Below are positions 1 to 7,998 of a DNA stretch of 20,000 nucleotides, piece after piece. The stretch comes from an uncultured virus (IMG/VR IMGVR_UViG_3300046513_000233) (taxonomy: Duplodnaviria; Heunggongvirae; Uroviricota; Caudoviricetes). The notes beneath the pieces are model-generated. The model was given only the letters and a program-made list of their open reading frames with translations. It did not search any database and was not told the DNA's origin. Position numbers and translations under genes: made by a program. The stretch lies in IMG/VR virus record IMGVR_UViG_3300046513_000233. One strand, written 5' to 3'. Every line of letters begins with the position of its first letter. Position 1 is the stretch's first letter.

Positions 1-479
1 CTGGCGGTTCTGCCGATCGCGACTAGATCGCCGCAGCCCTCCAGAATGACCGCCTCCAGCGGCCTCCTGTACTTGCTGCCGAGCACAGCCCGGGCCGCTC
101 GATAGTTTGCCCGGCTCTGTGCAGCCATCCTGCTAGGTGGCATGGAACTACCCGCACCGCCCTGCCCGCCCTGAACCTTGCCGTAATCGATCGCCTGCAA
201 GCCACCCATGCCGGCGCCGTACCAATCAGCGTAATACTTCTCGCCGGCCAACTGGCACGCCTCGTTGATCTTGGCATCCGGGTAAAGCTGCCCCTTGCTG
301 CCCATGCGGGTTAGCAGCTCGTCTTGGAACTGGCGGGTTTCGCCAACCATGACAGACTCACCCTTGGCCAGCCGATCCGGTGTAGCCGCATCATTGTCGA
401 CCACAAGCCGAAGATTGTGAGGCTGGGGGCGTGTAACGATGTTGTAGCCATTGGCGTTCTTCTTCTCGGTGATGGTCAA
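1..479 (-). CDS. DUF6456-like putative phage transcription regulator (partial, runs off the left edge)
   Basis: Not in the ORF track; translated by hand. TTG at 479 overlaps the upstream TGA and the frame is open to base 1: MTITEKKNANGYNIV...LAGEKYYADWYGAGMGGLQAIDYGKVQGG...AQSRANYRAARAVLGSKYRRPLEAVILEG. Pattern and position after VRR-NUC resemble DUF6456 proteins. Confidence 0.6.
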   Translation of the reverse strand, partial: MTITEKKNANGYNIVTRPQPHNLRLVVDNDAATPDRLAKGESVMVGETRQFQDELLTRMGSKGQLYPDAKINEACQLAGEKYYADWYGAGMGGLQAIDYGKVQGGQGGAGSSMPPSRMAAQSRANYRAARAVLGSKYRRPLEAVILEGCGDLVAIGRTA

Positions 480-691
480 TTCAATTTCCCCCCGGGTGAT
501 GCGTCATCGATCGGCCTAGCGTTGTGTCTCGCGATCACTGCCGGCCATTCGCTAGGCGGAAGGCGGCGCTTGTTCTCACCGTCAATGCTTTCCGCGAATG
601 CGTTTCCATAAAGCAGGATGTCGGTGTATGCCGCCATCATGTCAGGCGCCGACAGCCCTGTTAGAAATTCGCTGATACTGTGTTTGGTCAA
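476..691 (-). CDS. Hypothetical phage protein (71 aa)
   Basis: Start overlaps the VRR-NUC stop and stop overlaps the next start, consistent with translational coupling. Confidence 0.65.
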   Translation of the reverse strand: MTKHSISEFLTGLSAPDMMAAYTDILLYGNAFAESIDGENKRRLPPSEWPAVIARHNARPIDDASPGGKLN

Positions 692-1131
692 TGCAACGTG
701 CCCCTAATCATTCCTGTTAAAATCTTGCGGCACTTGCTAGCCGCTTCTACTTCGGTCGACGCTTGCACCACATGAATCTTGAAGCCCAACGCTTCTAGTT
801 TCCCATGCCGCTTGATTTGGTCGTCGCTCAACTCGCCTTTCTCGTTCTTCATTTCGATCATGCCGAGCTTCGCACCGGGGAGGTAAATCCTGATATCGGC
901 CTCACCCGCCTTCAACCCTGTCAGCTTCGCCCGGGCTCCGTTGCGCTTGCCTGCATTCATGTCCCCAGCAAATTCGAAGTCCCAGCCCATGTCTTGGCAC
1001 TTGTGAAAATCAGACACGACAGCCGCTTGTAATTTCCACTCCGGCTTGGGTTTTGGTTTGCGGGGCTTCTTGGTGCGGAAGAGGTTTCTGGGTTTCTGTT
1101 TGGATTCGCTGGGTCTACTCTCACCCCCCAT
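688..1131 (-). CDS. VRR-NUC domain nuclease
   Basis: EWKLQ...GLKAGEADIRI...IEMKNEKGELSDDQIKRHGKLEALGF matches the VRR-NUC PD-(D/E)XK pattern. GAGG lies upstream of the ATG. Confidence 0.87.
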   Translation of the reverse strand: MGGESRPSESKQKPRNLFRTKKPRKPKPKPEWKLQAAVVSDFHKCQDMGWDFEFAGDMNAGKRNGARAKLTGLKAGEADIRIYLPGAKLGMIEMKNEKGELSDDQIKRHGKLEALGFKIHVVQASTEVEAASKCRKILTGMIRGTLH

Positions 1132-1149
1132 GGGGCTACCTCATTTCTA

Positions 1150-1316
1150 GGGGTTTATTAGTATCCCCCCTTATATTTACAATAAACTATCTAAGACTAT
1201 TGAAATGATTGAAGAAAAGCTTTGCAGTAAAAACCCCAAATAACCGGTTCTTTGCAAACAAAAAACCTACCCCAATCGTGCGCGTCTTTTGCAATCAACC
1301 GGTTTCTGCAAAAACC
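1150..1316. repeat. AT-rich tract with short imperfect repeats; candidate replication origin
   Basis: CTTTGCA at 1220 and 1250, TTTTGCA at 1287, TTCTGCA at 1304. AAAAACC at 1229, 1261 and 1310. Palindrome AACCGGTT at 1242 and 1297. AT-rich about 1156-1218. Directly downstream of the primase gene. Confidence 0.4.
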
Positions 1317-3691
1317 CTCGCAACATACCTAGTGCTGGGTCGACCGCCCTTTGCGGTAGAGCTTGTCATCTTGGAGTCTATCAAATCTGTACTCACGAGA
1401 TATTCGATAGCGCCCTTGAAGTCTTGAGGCTTGGCGGCTGCGATGCCCCGCTTTCGTCGCAGAACAGAGAACGAAATTCCATCGCACCCAGCGGACTCGA
1501 TGGCGCTCAAGATGGTCTTGTGCAGCGTCTCGAATTCCGACCCGCTCATATGCTTGCGTACACCGTCATCGATCATGTCGATAGACCGCTGAACGATCGC
1601 GTAGCCATATTCAACGTCTTCTAATTCAACAACGGGATTGCCCGGGTCGCGAGAGATAGCTCGAATGGTGGCAATCTTTAGAGTTTGCTCCGCGGTACGA
1701 CCAACGATACCTTCGTACTCCGGCCTTTCAAACATATAGTCGATTTGCCATTGCTCATATTGCTTCCAACGATCTTCCGCGTCTTCGCCCCAAACGCATA
1801 GGTGCATGGATGGCTTTTGCTTCGCGTCACGCGACGCCGTGATAGCTAGATTGCCCTTGACCGGTGCTGCGGTGTACGCCTTCTTCAATTGCTCCACGAG
1901 CAACGTGGGCGTCTTAAGCAGGCTCTTTCCGTTCTGTCGTTTTGGCTGTGTTGTCGCACCTATGATCGTAAGGCGGGCCATGAAGCCGTCGCCAAAGTTG
2001 GCTTCAGTAATGCCTGCGTAGAACTCTGTTGGCGTTGACATTCCAAGCATTGACACGGTTGGAAACCACACGGGGTCACCGCTGGAGTCCTGCTTGTCGT
2101 CTGCTTTTTCTTTACCGGTCCACACGGCCGTGCTCTTGGAATAAAGCTCCAACAACGATTTTCGAATTGAACGCGCCCAACTTGCTGCATTTTTCCCCGA
2201 CATAGATTGGAAGAGAACGCCGACTTCATCGAACGGCATAACGAAGCACGGTCGACGACGGACAACCTTTTCAATTGCGCTATCGCTGGTTACGTCGTTC
2301 GGCCCAATCAGGTGAGACATTCCGGCGCTGTGCCCCAACATTTCTATTGCGCGTCTCGGGTGATCTTTGCCAAATCCCGGTCCCGCTATCCCGATCATAT
2401 AGATATTCAGACCTAATTCCGTGGGTGTTACATATCTGCGACCGAAGAATGCCGAAAGAAAAGTGATTGACGCGATGGTTGCGAATTCCGGCACTGGTGC
2501 GCGGGAGGTTTCTAGAATCCATTGTGAGATTTCCTCTAACAGCCCACCTTGGTTCGGAAGATAGAACGGGTCTACCTTGCCGCGTGGTGCACCGATCTTG
2601 CTTACGACAGCTTCTATCGACTCAATAAATGGCGCGGGCTCCGGAGCTACTAGCGGCGTTGCAATTTCCTCTTTTTTTGCCATCGCTCGCGCAACGAATC
2701 CGGCAACGTCGAAATTGTCTTCTTTCTCTTCGATGCCAAGTTTTTCGACCAACCACGCCGTTGCGGCGTACAAGTCGCAAGAGTTGCTAGTCATAACCAA
2801 GCTAATCGGCGTGTAGTTCTCGCTCGTTCCCCAATCTGTAATTCCCTTTGGATTAAAAGAAAGAGCTTCACCTTTTGCGTTCGAATTTATTTCAGGGCGC
2901 CAGTGCGCAACGGCACGATATCCATTACCGGCCTTAGCGAGTCCAGTTAGACCGAGCGCCGGAACCCATGCGGAAAGATTCCGAAGCGCCGTGTCGTTGA
3001 TCTTGCGCCAATACGTTTCGCCCTCACCAGCCATCAAGGCGTGGTGCTCTTCGGTCGGCTCGTATCCCCAAGGCTTCAGGACTTCGGCCAGAAGCTCAGC
3101 AATATTATCCGGCAATAACGGCAAGGATTTCTGGTCTACGCCCTCTAGCGTCTCCGTTCCTAGCCAATGATACGGCTGACCAGTATCGGGGTGAATAGTT
3201 GGAGGAAGAACAGTTTGGCGACCATAGGCGAGCAAGTCAACGACACGAATCTGCTTACCAAAGTTGAATCGATCTGGGATGCTGAACGGCTCGCTTACAA
3301 TCGCAGGGCTACCGCGATAGAACGCGCTGAAGCCTTTCTGGCCTCGTTTCTTAACATCACTGTCCGGGATAACTGACAGAACTGCGGCCATCATATCCGG
3401 ATCGTCAGTGTCGATATCGATAACCTTGATGGTCTGATTCAGCGGCAGGCACACGCCTGCATCCGGCCAGTTTCGCCAAAGCTCTGTTTCAATTTCGGTC
3501 GGAAGACGATCGCACCAACGCTGCCACTCGCTAGTACACCACCAATCTTTCATGCTGTAGCTGCCCGGAACCTTACGGCCCGGGAATACTGGAATGACGC
3601 TATAACCGTTGTCGATTAGGCGGTGGGCTGTACGATTGTATGGTGAGTCAATTACCGATGCCACTGAACAATGTTCCCCGCTGCATTCCAA
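1295..3691 (-). CDS. Bifunctional DNA primase/polymerase with C-terminal DUF3987-like helicase/NTPase domain
   Basis: N-terminal Prim-Pol motifs (GYSVIPV..GRKVP, VIDIDTDD, GRQTVLPPTIHPDTGQPYHW). C-terminal Walker A-like GPGFGKD and Walker B MPFDE. The true start may be the GTG at 3664. Confidence 0.88.
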   Translation of the reverse strand: MECSGEHCSVASVIDSPYNRTAHRLIDNGYSVIPVFPGRKVPGSYSMKDWWCTSEWQRWCDRLPTEIETELWRNWPDAGVCLPLNQTIKVIDIDTDDPDMMAAVLSVIPDSDVKKRGQKGFSAFYRGSPAIVSEPFSIPDRFNFGKQIRVVDLLAYGRQTVLPPTIHPDTGQPYHWLGTETLEGVDQKSLPLLPDNIAELLAEVLKPWGYEPTEEHHALMAGEGETYWRKINDTALRNLSAWVPALGLTGLAKAGNGYRAVAHWRPEINSNAKGEALSFNPKGITDWGTSENYTPISLVMTSNSCDLYAATAWLVEKLGIEEKEDNFDVAGFVARAMAKKEEIATPLVAPEPAPFIESIEAVVSKIGAPRGKVDPFYLPNQGGLLEEISQWILETSRAPVPEFATIASITFLSAFFGRRYVTPTELGLNIYMIGIAGPGFGKDHPRRAIEMLGHSAGMSHLIGPNDVTSDSAIEKVVRRRPCFVMPFDEVGVLFQSMSGKNAASWARSIRKSLLELYSKSTAVWTGKEKADDKQDSSGDPVWFPTVSMLGMSTPTEFYAGITEANFGDGFMARLTIIGATTQPKRQNGKSLLKTPTLLVEQLKKAYTAAPVKGNLAITASRDAKQKPSMHLCVWGEDAEDRWKQYEQWQIDYMFERPEYEGIVGRTAEQTLKIATIRAISRDPGNPVVELEDVEYGYAIVQRSIDMIDDGVRKHMSGSEFETLHKTILSAIESAGCDGISFSVLRRKRGIAAAKPQDFKGAIEYLVSTDLIDSKMTSSTAKGGRPSTRYVARVFAETG

Positions 3692-4050
3692 TGAGATTCA
3701 GAATCGTCAAAAGTAAATTCGTCCCACCAACCACGCCAGTTTATCCAGCATTGATCTGGTGTGAGTCCACACAGCAATATTCCAGCGGTGCCATTCCCAA
3801 CAAAATACTTGAACATTTTGTCTGCGGTCGAATGATCAAATGACGTAATAGGTTTGACCTCAACGAATTCCGGATGAATACCCCAATGAATAAGGAAGTC
3901 CGGAGACCATCCGCCGAAGTCAATCGGCTCATACACCCACTTGTATTCGTAAGAATCAAAGAAACACGCCCACCTCGCTTCAAGACGTGAACGGAAATTG
4001 ACTCCGCGGTACGTTGTAGGCTTAGCTCTGATGTCGTACTTTACAGTCAC
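3652..4050 (-). CDS. PD-(D/E)XK-family phage nuclease
   Basis: YRGVNFRSRLEARWACFFD...WVYEP...SPDF...VEVKP, a common phage restriction-endonuclease-like signature. Confidence 0.75.
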   Translation of the reverse strand: MTVKYDIRAKPTTYRGVNFRSRLEARWACFFDSYEYKWVYEPIDFGGWSPDFLIHWGIHPEFVEVKPITSFDHSTADKMFKYFVGNGTAGILLCGLTPDQCWINWRGWWDEFTFDDSESHWNAAGNIVQWHR

Positions 4051-4244
4051 TCTACTTTCCTTGTGACCTTGTCGTTATTTGCTGACTCGTTATCTAACGG
4101 CGGCGTATCAAGTAAGATACGCAACTCCTCCATTTCCCTACGAACGTGCATGACCTGATGTAGACAAAAGTCATAAACATCCGGCATATTCTTTAGATAT
4201 CGGTCTACCTCAAAAATCGCATCGTGCATTACATCTGATATCAT
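4047..4244 (-). CDS. Hypothetical protein (65 aa)
   Basis: Strong GGAGGT RBS before ATG 4244, so shorter than the track ORF. GTGA overlap with the next gene. Confidence 0.7.
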   Translation of the reverse strand: MISDVMHDAIFEVDRYLKNMPDVYDFCLHQVMHVRREMEELRILLDTPPLDNESANNDKVTRKVE

Positions 4245-4290
4245 AGAAACACCTCCCTTATTTCCGTAGCTGTCACTATTAGAATCGTGG

Positions 4291-4725
4291 TCACAGACAC
4301 GCCTTAAGCTCCAAATAGAATTCGTGATACCGCACCATGCGAGCAACGTCCTTTTCAGTAACGCCCTTCAGGCGCTTGATGTCGCTGTTATGCCGAAGGT
4401 CTGACATCTTCACGCGGATAGCGTCGGGGTTGGTCTTGACCCATTCTCGGTATGTTGCTTCCGACATACCTTCCCATTTGGTAAGGTCGCGGATTCCATT
4501 TCCGATACGATCACCAAACAGATTTCGAATCTCGCTTTCCGTCGTGCTCGTATCCTCCAACAGATCATGCCCGACCGCGATGCATTGCAACTCTTCATCG
4601 TCGGTGTGAAGCTTGTGCATCACGGCCAGCGGATGAAGAATGTACGGCCTCCCGCCCTTGTCGAATTGGCCCGCGTGTCGCTCTGTCGCGAGCGAAATCA
4701 TTTTCGACAACATCTCGCCGTTCAT
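4291..4725 (-). CDS. HD-domain protein of the RelA/SpoT hydrolase (small alarmone hydrolase/Mesh1-like) type
   Basis: HAGQFDKGGRPYILHPLAV, AVGHDLLEDT and VKMSDLRHN motifs. ATG 4725 follows a GGGGATGG RBS-like sequence. Confidence 0.8.
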   Translation of the reverse strand: MNGEMLSKMISLATERHAGQFDKGGRPYILHPLAVMHKLHTDDEELQCIAVGHDLLEDTSTTESEIRNLFGDRIGNGIRDLTKWEGMSEATYREWVKTNPDAIRVKMSDLRHNSDIKRLKGVTEKDVARMVRYHEFYLELKACL

Positions 4726-4775
4726 TTTCCATCCCCCAAAAGCAGAAATCGCCAGCATGCGAATGCATGCCAGCG

Positions 4776-5066
4776 CTATGACTGTGCTCTGTAATCGTCA
4801 ATTACTTCCTGCACCAACTGATTCAGAATCTGACTCTCCGCATTCTCCGCGACAATGCGTTCAATTTCATCAATCACTTCGTTTGCCGTCTTCGCTGGCG
4901 GGTCTATGTCCGCTTTCTTCGCCTGCTCCCAACCTTCAAGCCAATCCGCCCGGTGGAATTGCGCAATCCAACTCGCACCGATCTTGTACGGGCAGCGCTC
5001 TTCAGCATCGCCGCCGCGGTAGTACGCGTTGCGGCCTTCGCGGCGGTAGCGTGAGGGGCTGGCCAT
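4776..5066 (-). CDS. Ribosome modulation factor (Rmf/CrpP)-like protein
   Basis: EGRNAYYRG....CPY........RADWLEGWEQA parallels RMF RGYQAGIAGRSKEMCPY....RSQWLGGWREA. Confidence 0.6.
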   Translation of the reverse strand: MASPSRYRREGRNAYYRGGDAEERCPYKIGASWIAQFHRADWLEGWEQAKKADIDPPAKTANEVIDEIERIVAENAESQILNQLVQEVIDDYRAQS

Positions 5067-5245
5067 TAGCGATTGACCATTTCGTCAGGATCGAATCCGA
5101 ACCTTAGGCACAATTCACGTGAGTAAGACGAGCCCAATACGAACACATCCATAACGGCGACCCAGCGATAATGCTTTCTGCCATGGTTCTTACTTCTGCA
5201 ATTCGTTATGGCACGCCGCAGCAGATCGTCATCAGTTATGTTCAC
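5066..5245 (-). CDS. Hypothetical phage protein (59 aa)
   Basis: Below the track cutoff. MNITDDDLLRRAITNCRSK...RWVAVMDVFVLGSSYSRELCLRFGFDPDEMVNR. GTGA and TAATG overlaps on both sides. Confidence 0.75.
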   Translation of the reverse strand: MNITDDDLLRRAITNCRSKNHGRKHYRWVAVMDVFVLGSSYSRELCLRFGFDPDEMVNR

Positions 5246-5595
5246 TTCGCCATCTCCTCAAAAGCTGTTTTCATCGCGTCTTCGTATCCGCCCATGAACT
5301 TCGCGAAGAACCCAACGAACTGAAACTGATTCAGTTCAGCTAGGTCCGTCTGCCCGATGCTATCGAGGTACGCACCGGCTGCTTCGCCGCCCTTCTGCAT
5401 CGCGTGTGTTTCGTAGATGTCGAATTGTTTTTTGGTCAACGATGCGGCCTCTTGCATGAACTGTGCGCAGTGATCGCAAAACCACTTGATTGGAAACGTT
5501 GGAGATGCCCTGTAACCGATGTTGTAGTGTCTGCGTTTGCAGACTCGGCAGGCGCCTACAGGGCCGATGTCAGCGGCGCGTTGAGATAGTCCCAT
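5242..5595 (-). CDS. DUF6511-like protein with N-terminal CxxC...CxxC
   Basis: CRVC...FCDHC followed by GGEAAGAYLDSIGQTDLAEL, a pattern of phage replication-module DUF6511 proteins. Confidence 0.7.
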   Translation of the reverse strand: MGLSQRAADIGPVGACRVCKRRHYNIGYRASPTFPIKWFCDHCAQFMQEAASLTKKQFDIYETHAMQKGGEAAGAYLDSIGQTDLAELNQFQFVGFFAKFMGGYEDAMKTAFEEMAK

Positions 5596-5762
5596 TTATT
5601 GGTTGTCCAATTCCACGCCGTGTACCCATCTCGGTACGGTACTTGTCTGAATTTGCCACGCTTGAAATACACAGCGTTCGTCTGCAACGTCGGGCAGCTT
5701 CTCGCGTGCTTGCCTTCCTCGTGGCCGCAGCTAGCACAGTCGGTGGCTTTATCTCCCCACAT
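5556..5762 (-). CDS. Hypothetical protein (68 aa, Cys/His-rich N-terminus)
   Basis: TGATG coupling with the upstream ORF; CASCGHEEGKHARSCP motif. Confidence 0.6.
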   Translation of the reverse strand: MWGDKATDCASCGHEEGKHARSCPTLQTNAVYFKRGKFRQVPYRDGYTAWNWTTNKWDYLNAPLTSAL

Positions 5763-5878
5763 CAGACTAGGACCACGAGAACGATAAGTAGAAGCGGGAT
5801 GCCGTAGGGCGTAAGGCCAAGCGCCAGTGCGCCAAGGTTGGCTAGCACGTCACCAAAGGTGCGGTTGGGAATGAGCAT
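5762..5878 (-). CDS. Small membrane protein (38 aa)
   Basis: MLIPNRTFGDVLANLGALALGLTPYGIPLLLIVLVVLV; TGATG overlaps at both ends fill the gap exactly. Confidence 0.65.
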   Translation of the reverse strand: MLIPNRTFGDVLANLGALALGLTPYGIPLLLIVLVVLV

Positions 5879-6444
5879 CAGGTTGCACGCTGTGGGCGCG
5901 AATGTGCGAGAGCGGCATGGCGCAGCCGCTCGACTACGGCGATAAACGAACCTCGCAGCACCACAGTCCCGCCGCTGTCTTTTCCGGCCACGGCGTTGTC
6001 ATCAACAGCAAGCAGCACGTCATTTATCGCAGTTTGCAGGGTATCTGGCACTTCCTGCGGTACTGCTGGCATGTGGCCGATCAGTTCAAGGACGAACTCA
6101 AGGCTCCGCTTGCGACCCTCGTAGAACCGTTCATTGCCCCATTGGGTCTTGTTCTCTGGATTGCGGTTTGCTGCGATGGTGTCTAGGGCACCTTGGCAAT
6201 CGGTCAGTTCGCGCTTTATCTCGCCCTCGATCCCGGCAGAAGAGCATTGAACCGGGGCGATCTTCAACAACTGCCCCATCGTCTCACACAGTTCGGGGCT
6301 GGCCTGCAACGCCGCAACAGCCTCGCCAATGTCGACAACGATTGCACCGGCATTCACGAGCCGTTCGCAGTCGGAGCGGAAAGAACTGTGTCCGCAGTAT
6401 TCCGCTAGCATGTCTTCGTAGATCGCTTCTTGCGCTTCGTTCAT
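5878..6444 (-). CDS. Hypothetical phage protein (188 aa)
   Basis: Long ORF in the operon direction, AAGGTGG RBS, coupled on both sides. Confidence 0.75.
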   Translation of the reverse strand: MNEAQEAIYEDMLAEYCGHSSFRSDCERLVNAGAIVVDIGEAVAALQASPELCETMGQLLKIAPVQCSSAGIEGEIKRELTDCQGALDTIAANRNPENKTQWGNERFYEGRKRSLEFVLELIGHMPAVPQEVPDTLQTAINDVLLAVDDNAVAGKDSGGTVVLRGSFIAVVERLRHAALAHSRPQRAT

Positions 6445-6515
6445 GACGCCACCTTATCAATTAGGAAACATGCGATTACCGCAAGGAAGAGCGACCACCC
6501 TACAATCTTGCTCAC
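6441..6515 (-). CDS. Hydrophobic microprotein (24 aa)
   Basis: MSKIVGWSLFLAVIACFLIDKVAS; GTGA overlap with the MTase stop and ATGA overlap with the next start. Confidence 0.5.
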   Translation of the reverse strand: MSKIVGWSLFLAVIACFLIDKVAS

Positions 6516-7237
6516 GCCGCCTTCGCAATCGCGTCTTCAAGGTCGATTTGCGCGTTATCGTTGGCAGGCTTCAAAGCCAGCCGCTTCTTCGCTACATTGT
6601 AGTAATCGCTATCGATCTCGATACCGACGAAGCGTCGACCGATGTTCTGGCAAGCAACGCCCGTGGTGCCGCTGCCCATGAACGGGTCAAGCACCTTCCA
6701 TCCGGGCTTCGTTGAATTGCCAACGTAGCGCTGCATCAACTCAACCGGCTTTTCAGTTGGATGCATCTTGCCGCGGGGGTTGTCGCATTCGAACGACTGC
6801 TTATCGCCGGGGTTGTTGATCGGACGCGCCGGGGGTTTGTAGAAGTACAGAACGATTTCCGTATCCTTCATGTACCAACGCGAAGGCGTGCAGTTGTTCT
6901 TGATCCACGGAAGCATGCCGTGAAATTTGAATCCGACATCCTCTGCCGCGTTCAGCATCTCGCAAAGCGTGATGTTGTTGGTCATGAAATACGCATCACG
7001 GCCCGTCCTCAGCACGCGGTAGCACTCCGCGAGGTAGTCAGCCGGCTTGATGCTGTTGTGCTTGAAAATCTTTCCGTCGTTTTTGGCGAGAATTCCGGTT
7101 GGCCTGCCGTCATCAGCGCCGATGTTCGAACCGCCAGATATCACCTTGAACGGCGGGTCTGTCAGGATCAGGTCGACGCTGGCAGCTTTCATGCTGGCCA
7201 TGGTGGCGATTGCATCGCCTAGGATAAGATCGGTCAT
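6512..7237 (-). CDS. Orphan N4/N6 DNA methyltransferase (beta class)
   Basis: Catalytic DPPF near the N-terminus, HPTEKPVELM, and SAM-binding LDPFMGSGTTG near the C-terminus. Ends KPANDNAQIDLEDAIAKAA. Confidence 0.93.
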   Translation of the reverse strand: MTDLILGDAIATMASMKAASVDLILTDPPFKVISGGSNIGADDGRPTGILAKNDGKIFKHNSIKPADYLAECYRVLRTGRDAYFMTNNITLCEMLNAAEDVGFKFHGMLPWIKNNCTPSRWYMKDTEIVLYFYKPPARPINNPGDKQSFECDNPRGKMHPTEKPVELMQRYVGNSTKPGWKVLDPFMGSGTTGVACQNIGRRFVGIEIDSDYYNVAKKRLALKPANDNAQIDLEDAIAKAA

Positions 7238-7404
7238 CGCGGAGCGACCGTGGCGTTAGGATACGGTGCATGGGGGTAGGCCGTGCCAGCCGGCACGAAA
7301 ACCATCGTCTCACGTGCGCTCGTGCTCACGAGATAGAGCCAGCCACCCGGGACGGCTAACCGCGAAGTGTGGTACGGCGTGACGTTCAATACTTCCCAAT
7401 TCAT
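7234..7404 (-). CDS. Hypothetical phage protein (56 aa)
   Basis: MNWEVLNVTPYHTSRLAVPGGWLYLVSTSARETMVFVPAG...; AAGGAG RBS; TGATG and ATGA overlaps. Confidence 0.75.
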   Translation of the reverse strand: MNWEVLNVTPYHTSRLAVPGGWLYLVSTSARETMVFVPAGTAYPHAPYPNATVAPR

Positions 7405-7565
7405 CACATCTCCTTCGTAGTTGGATGTTGCTCAATCGGCACGACGCAGAAACCGTTGTCCGATAGCTCTGCGATGAACTGATCAACATCAAATGACGGA
7501 TCACGATCACGATGAATCACTGAGCTTCGCGCTTCTGCGTTTTTGATCGCTTCTCGCATTTCCAT
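7404..7565 (-). CDS. Hypothetical protein (53 aa)
   Basis: GAGGAGG RBS 5 nt before ATG 7565; this is the C-terminal part of track ORF 7404-7841. Confidence 0.7.
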   Translation of the reverse strand: MEMREAIKNAEARSSVIHRDRDPSFDVDQFIAELSDNGFCVVPIEQHPTTKEM

Positions 7566-7579
7566 TTCCACCTCCTCTA

Positions 7580-7997
7580 AAAATCTGGCGTACAGCCCCA
7601 TCCTAAAGCGTTGCAGGCAGCACCCGAAGGTCGTACCTCGCCCCTTTGAAGAGCTTGCAACAACACGCTGCACACATTGGCCCGCAACACTAATGCGAAG
7701 CCCCCGATAGTCCGTGACGCCTAGCTTCGTCCGACCACCTGTCGCCGTCCTAGTGCTAGGATCAGGCGACCGCTTCCGTAGCCCGCTTGGGGGCAATTGA
7801 TGACTCCACTTCGCAGGACTCGCTAGCAGCCTACGAAACACCGTGTTGATTCACGCGCTGGCGTACCGATCCTGTTTCCCTTGCGGGCGATCTAGCCGCG
7901 GCCGGAGTCGACCGATTAAGACGTGCGCTACTCCGCTCTAGCTTCCGCCAGTGATATCCAGTGATGCCACACCGGCCACGGCTACTAGCGCACGTCT
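7580..7997 (-). ncRNA. Candidate large structured non-coding RNA, family not recognised
   Basis: About 420 nt without a convincing gene in an otherwise gap-free operon. Many complementary segments (12-bp 7919-7930/7986-7997; 13-bp 7893-7905/7972-7984; 8-bp 7810-7817/7830-7837; 7741-7746/7765-7770). cUUCGg and GCAA tetraloops and G-U pairs appear on the minus strand. Confidence 0.55.
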
Positions 7998-7998
7998 A

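Noticed and set aside
476..691. Portal-like motif DILLYGNAF
   Set aside because: The protein is only 71 aa and lies in an early operon; the short resemblance is insufficient.
3652..7237. Restriction-modification pair (nuclease plus MTase)
   Set aside because: The genes are not adjacent, and both families are common as stand-alone phage genes.
7566..7841. N-terminal extension of track ORF 7404-7841
   Set aside because: No RBS at 7841 and atypical composition, while a strong GAGGAGG precedes ATG 7565.
7892..7985. tRNA- or tmRNA-like look on the minus strand (GGTCGACTCC resembling a T-arm, paired ends)
   Set aside because: The T-loop is one base short, there is no proper D or anticodon arm, no CCA and no ANDN tag frame. 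Treated as part of the larger structured RNA candidate.
7580..7993. Group II intron (GTGCG near the 5' end on the minus strand)
   Set aside because: No recognisable domain V/VI, no interrupted gene and no maturase.
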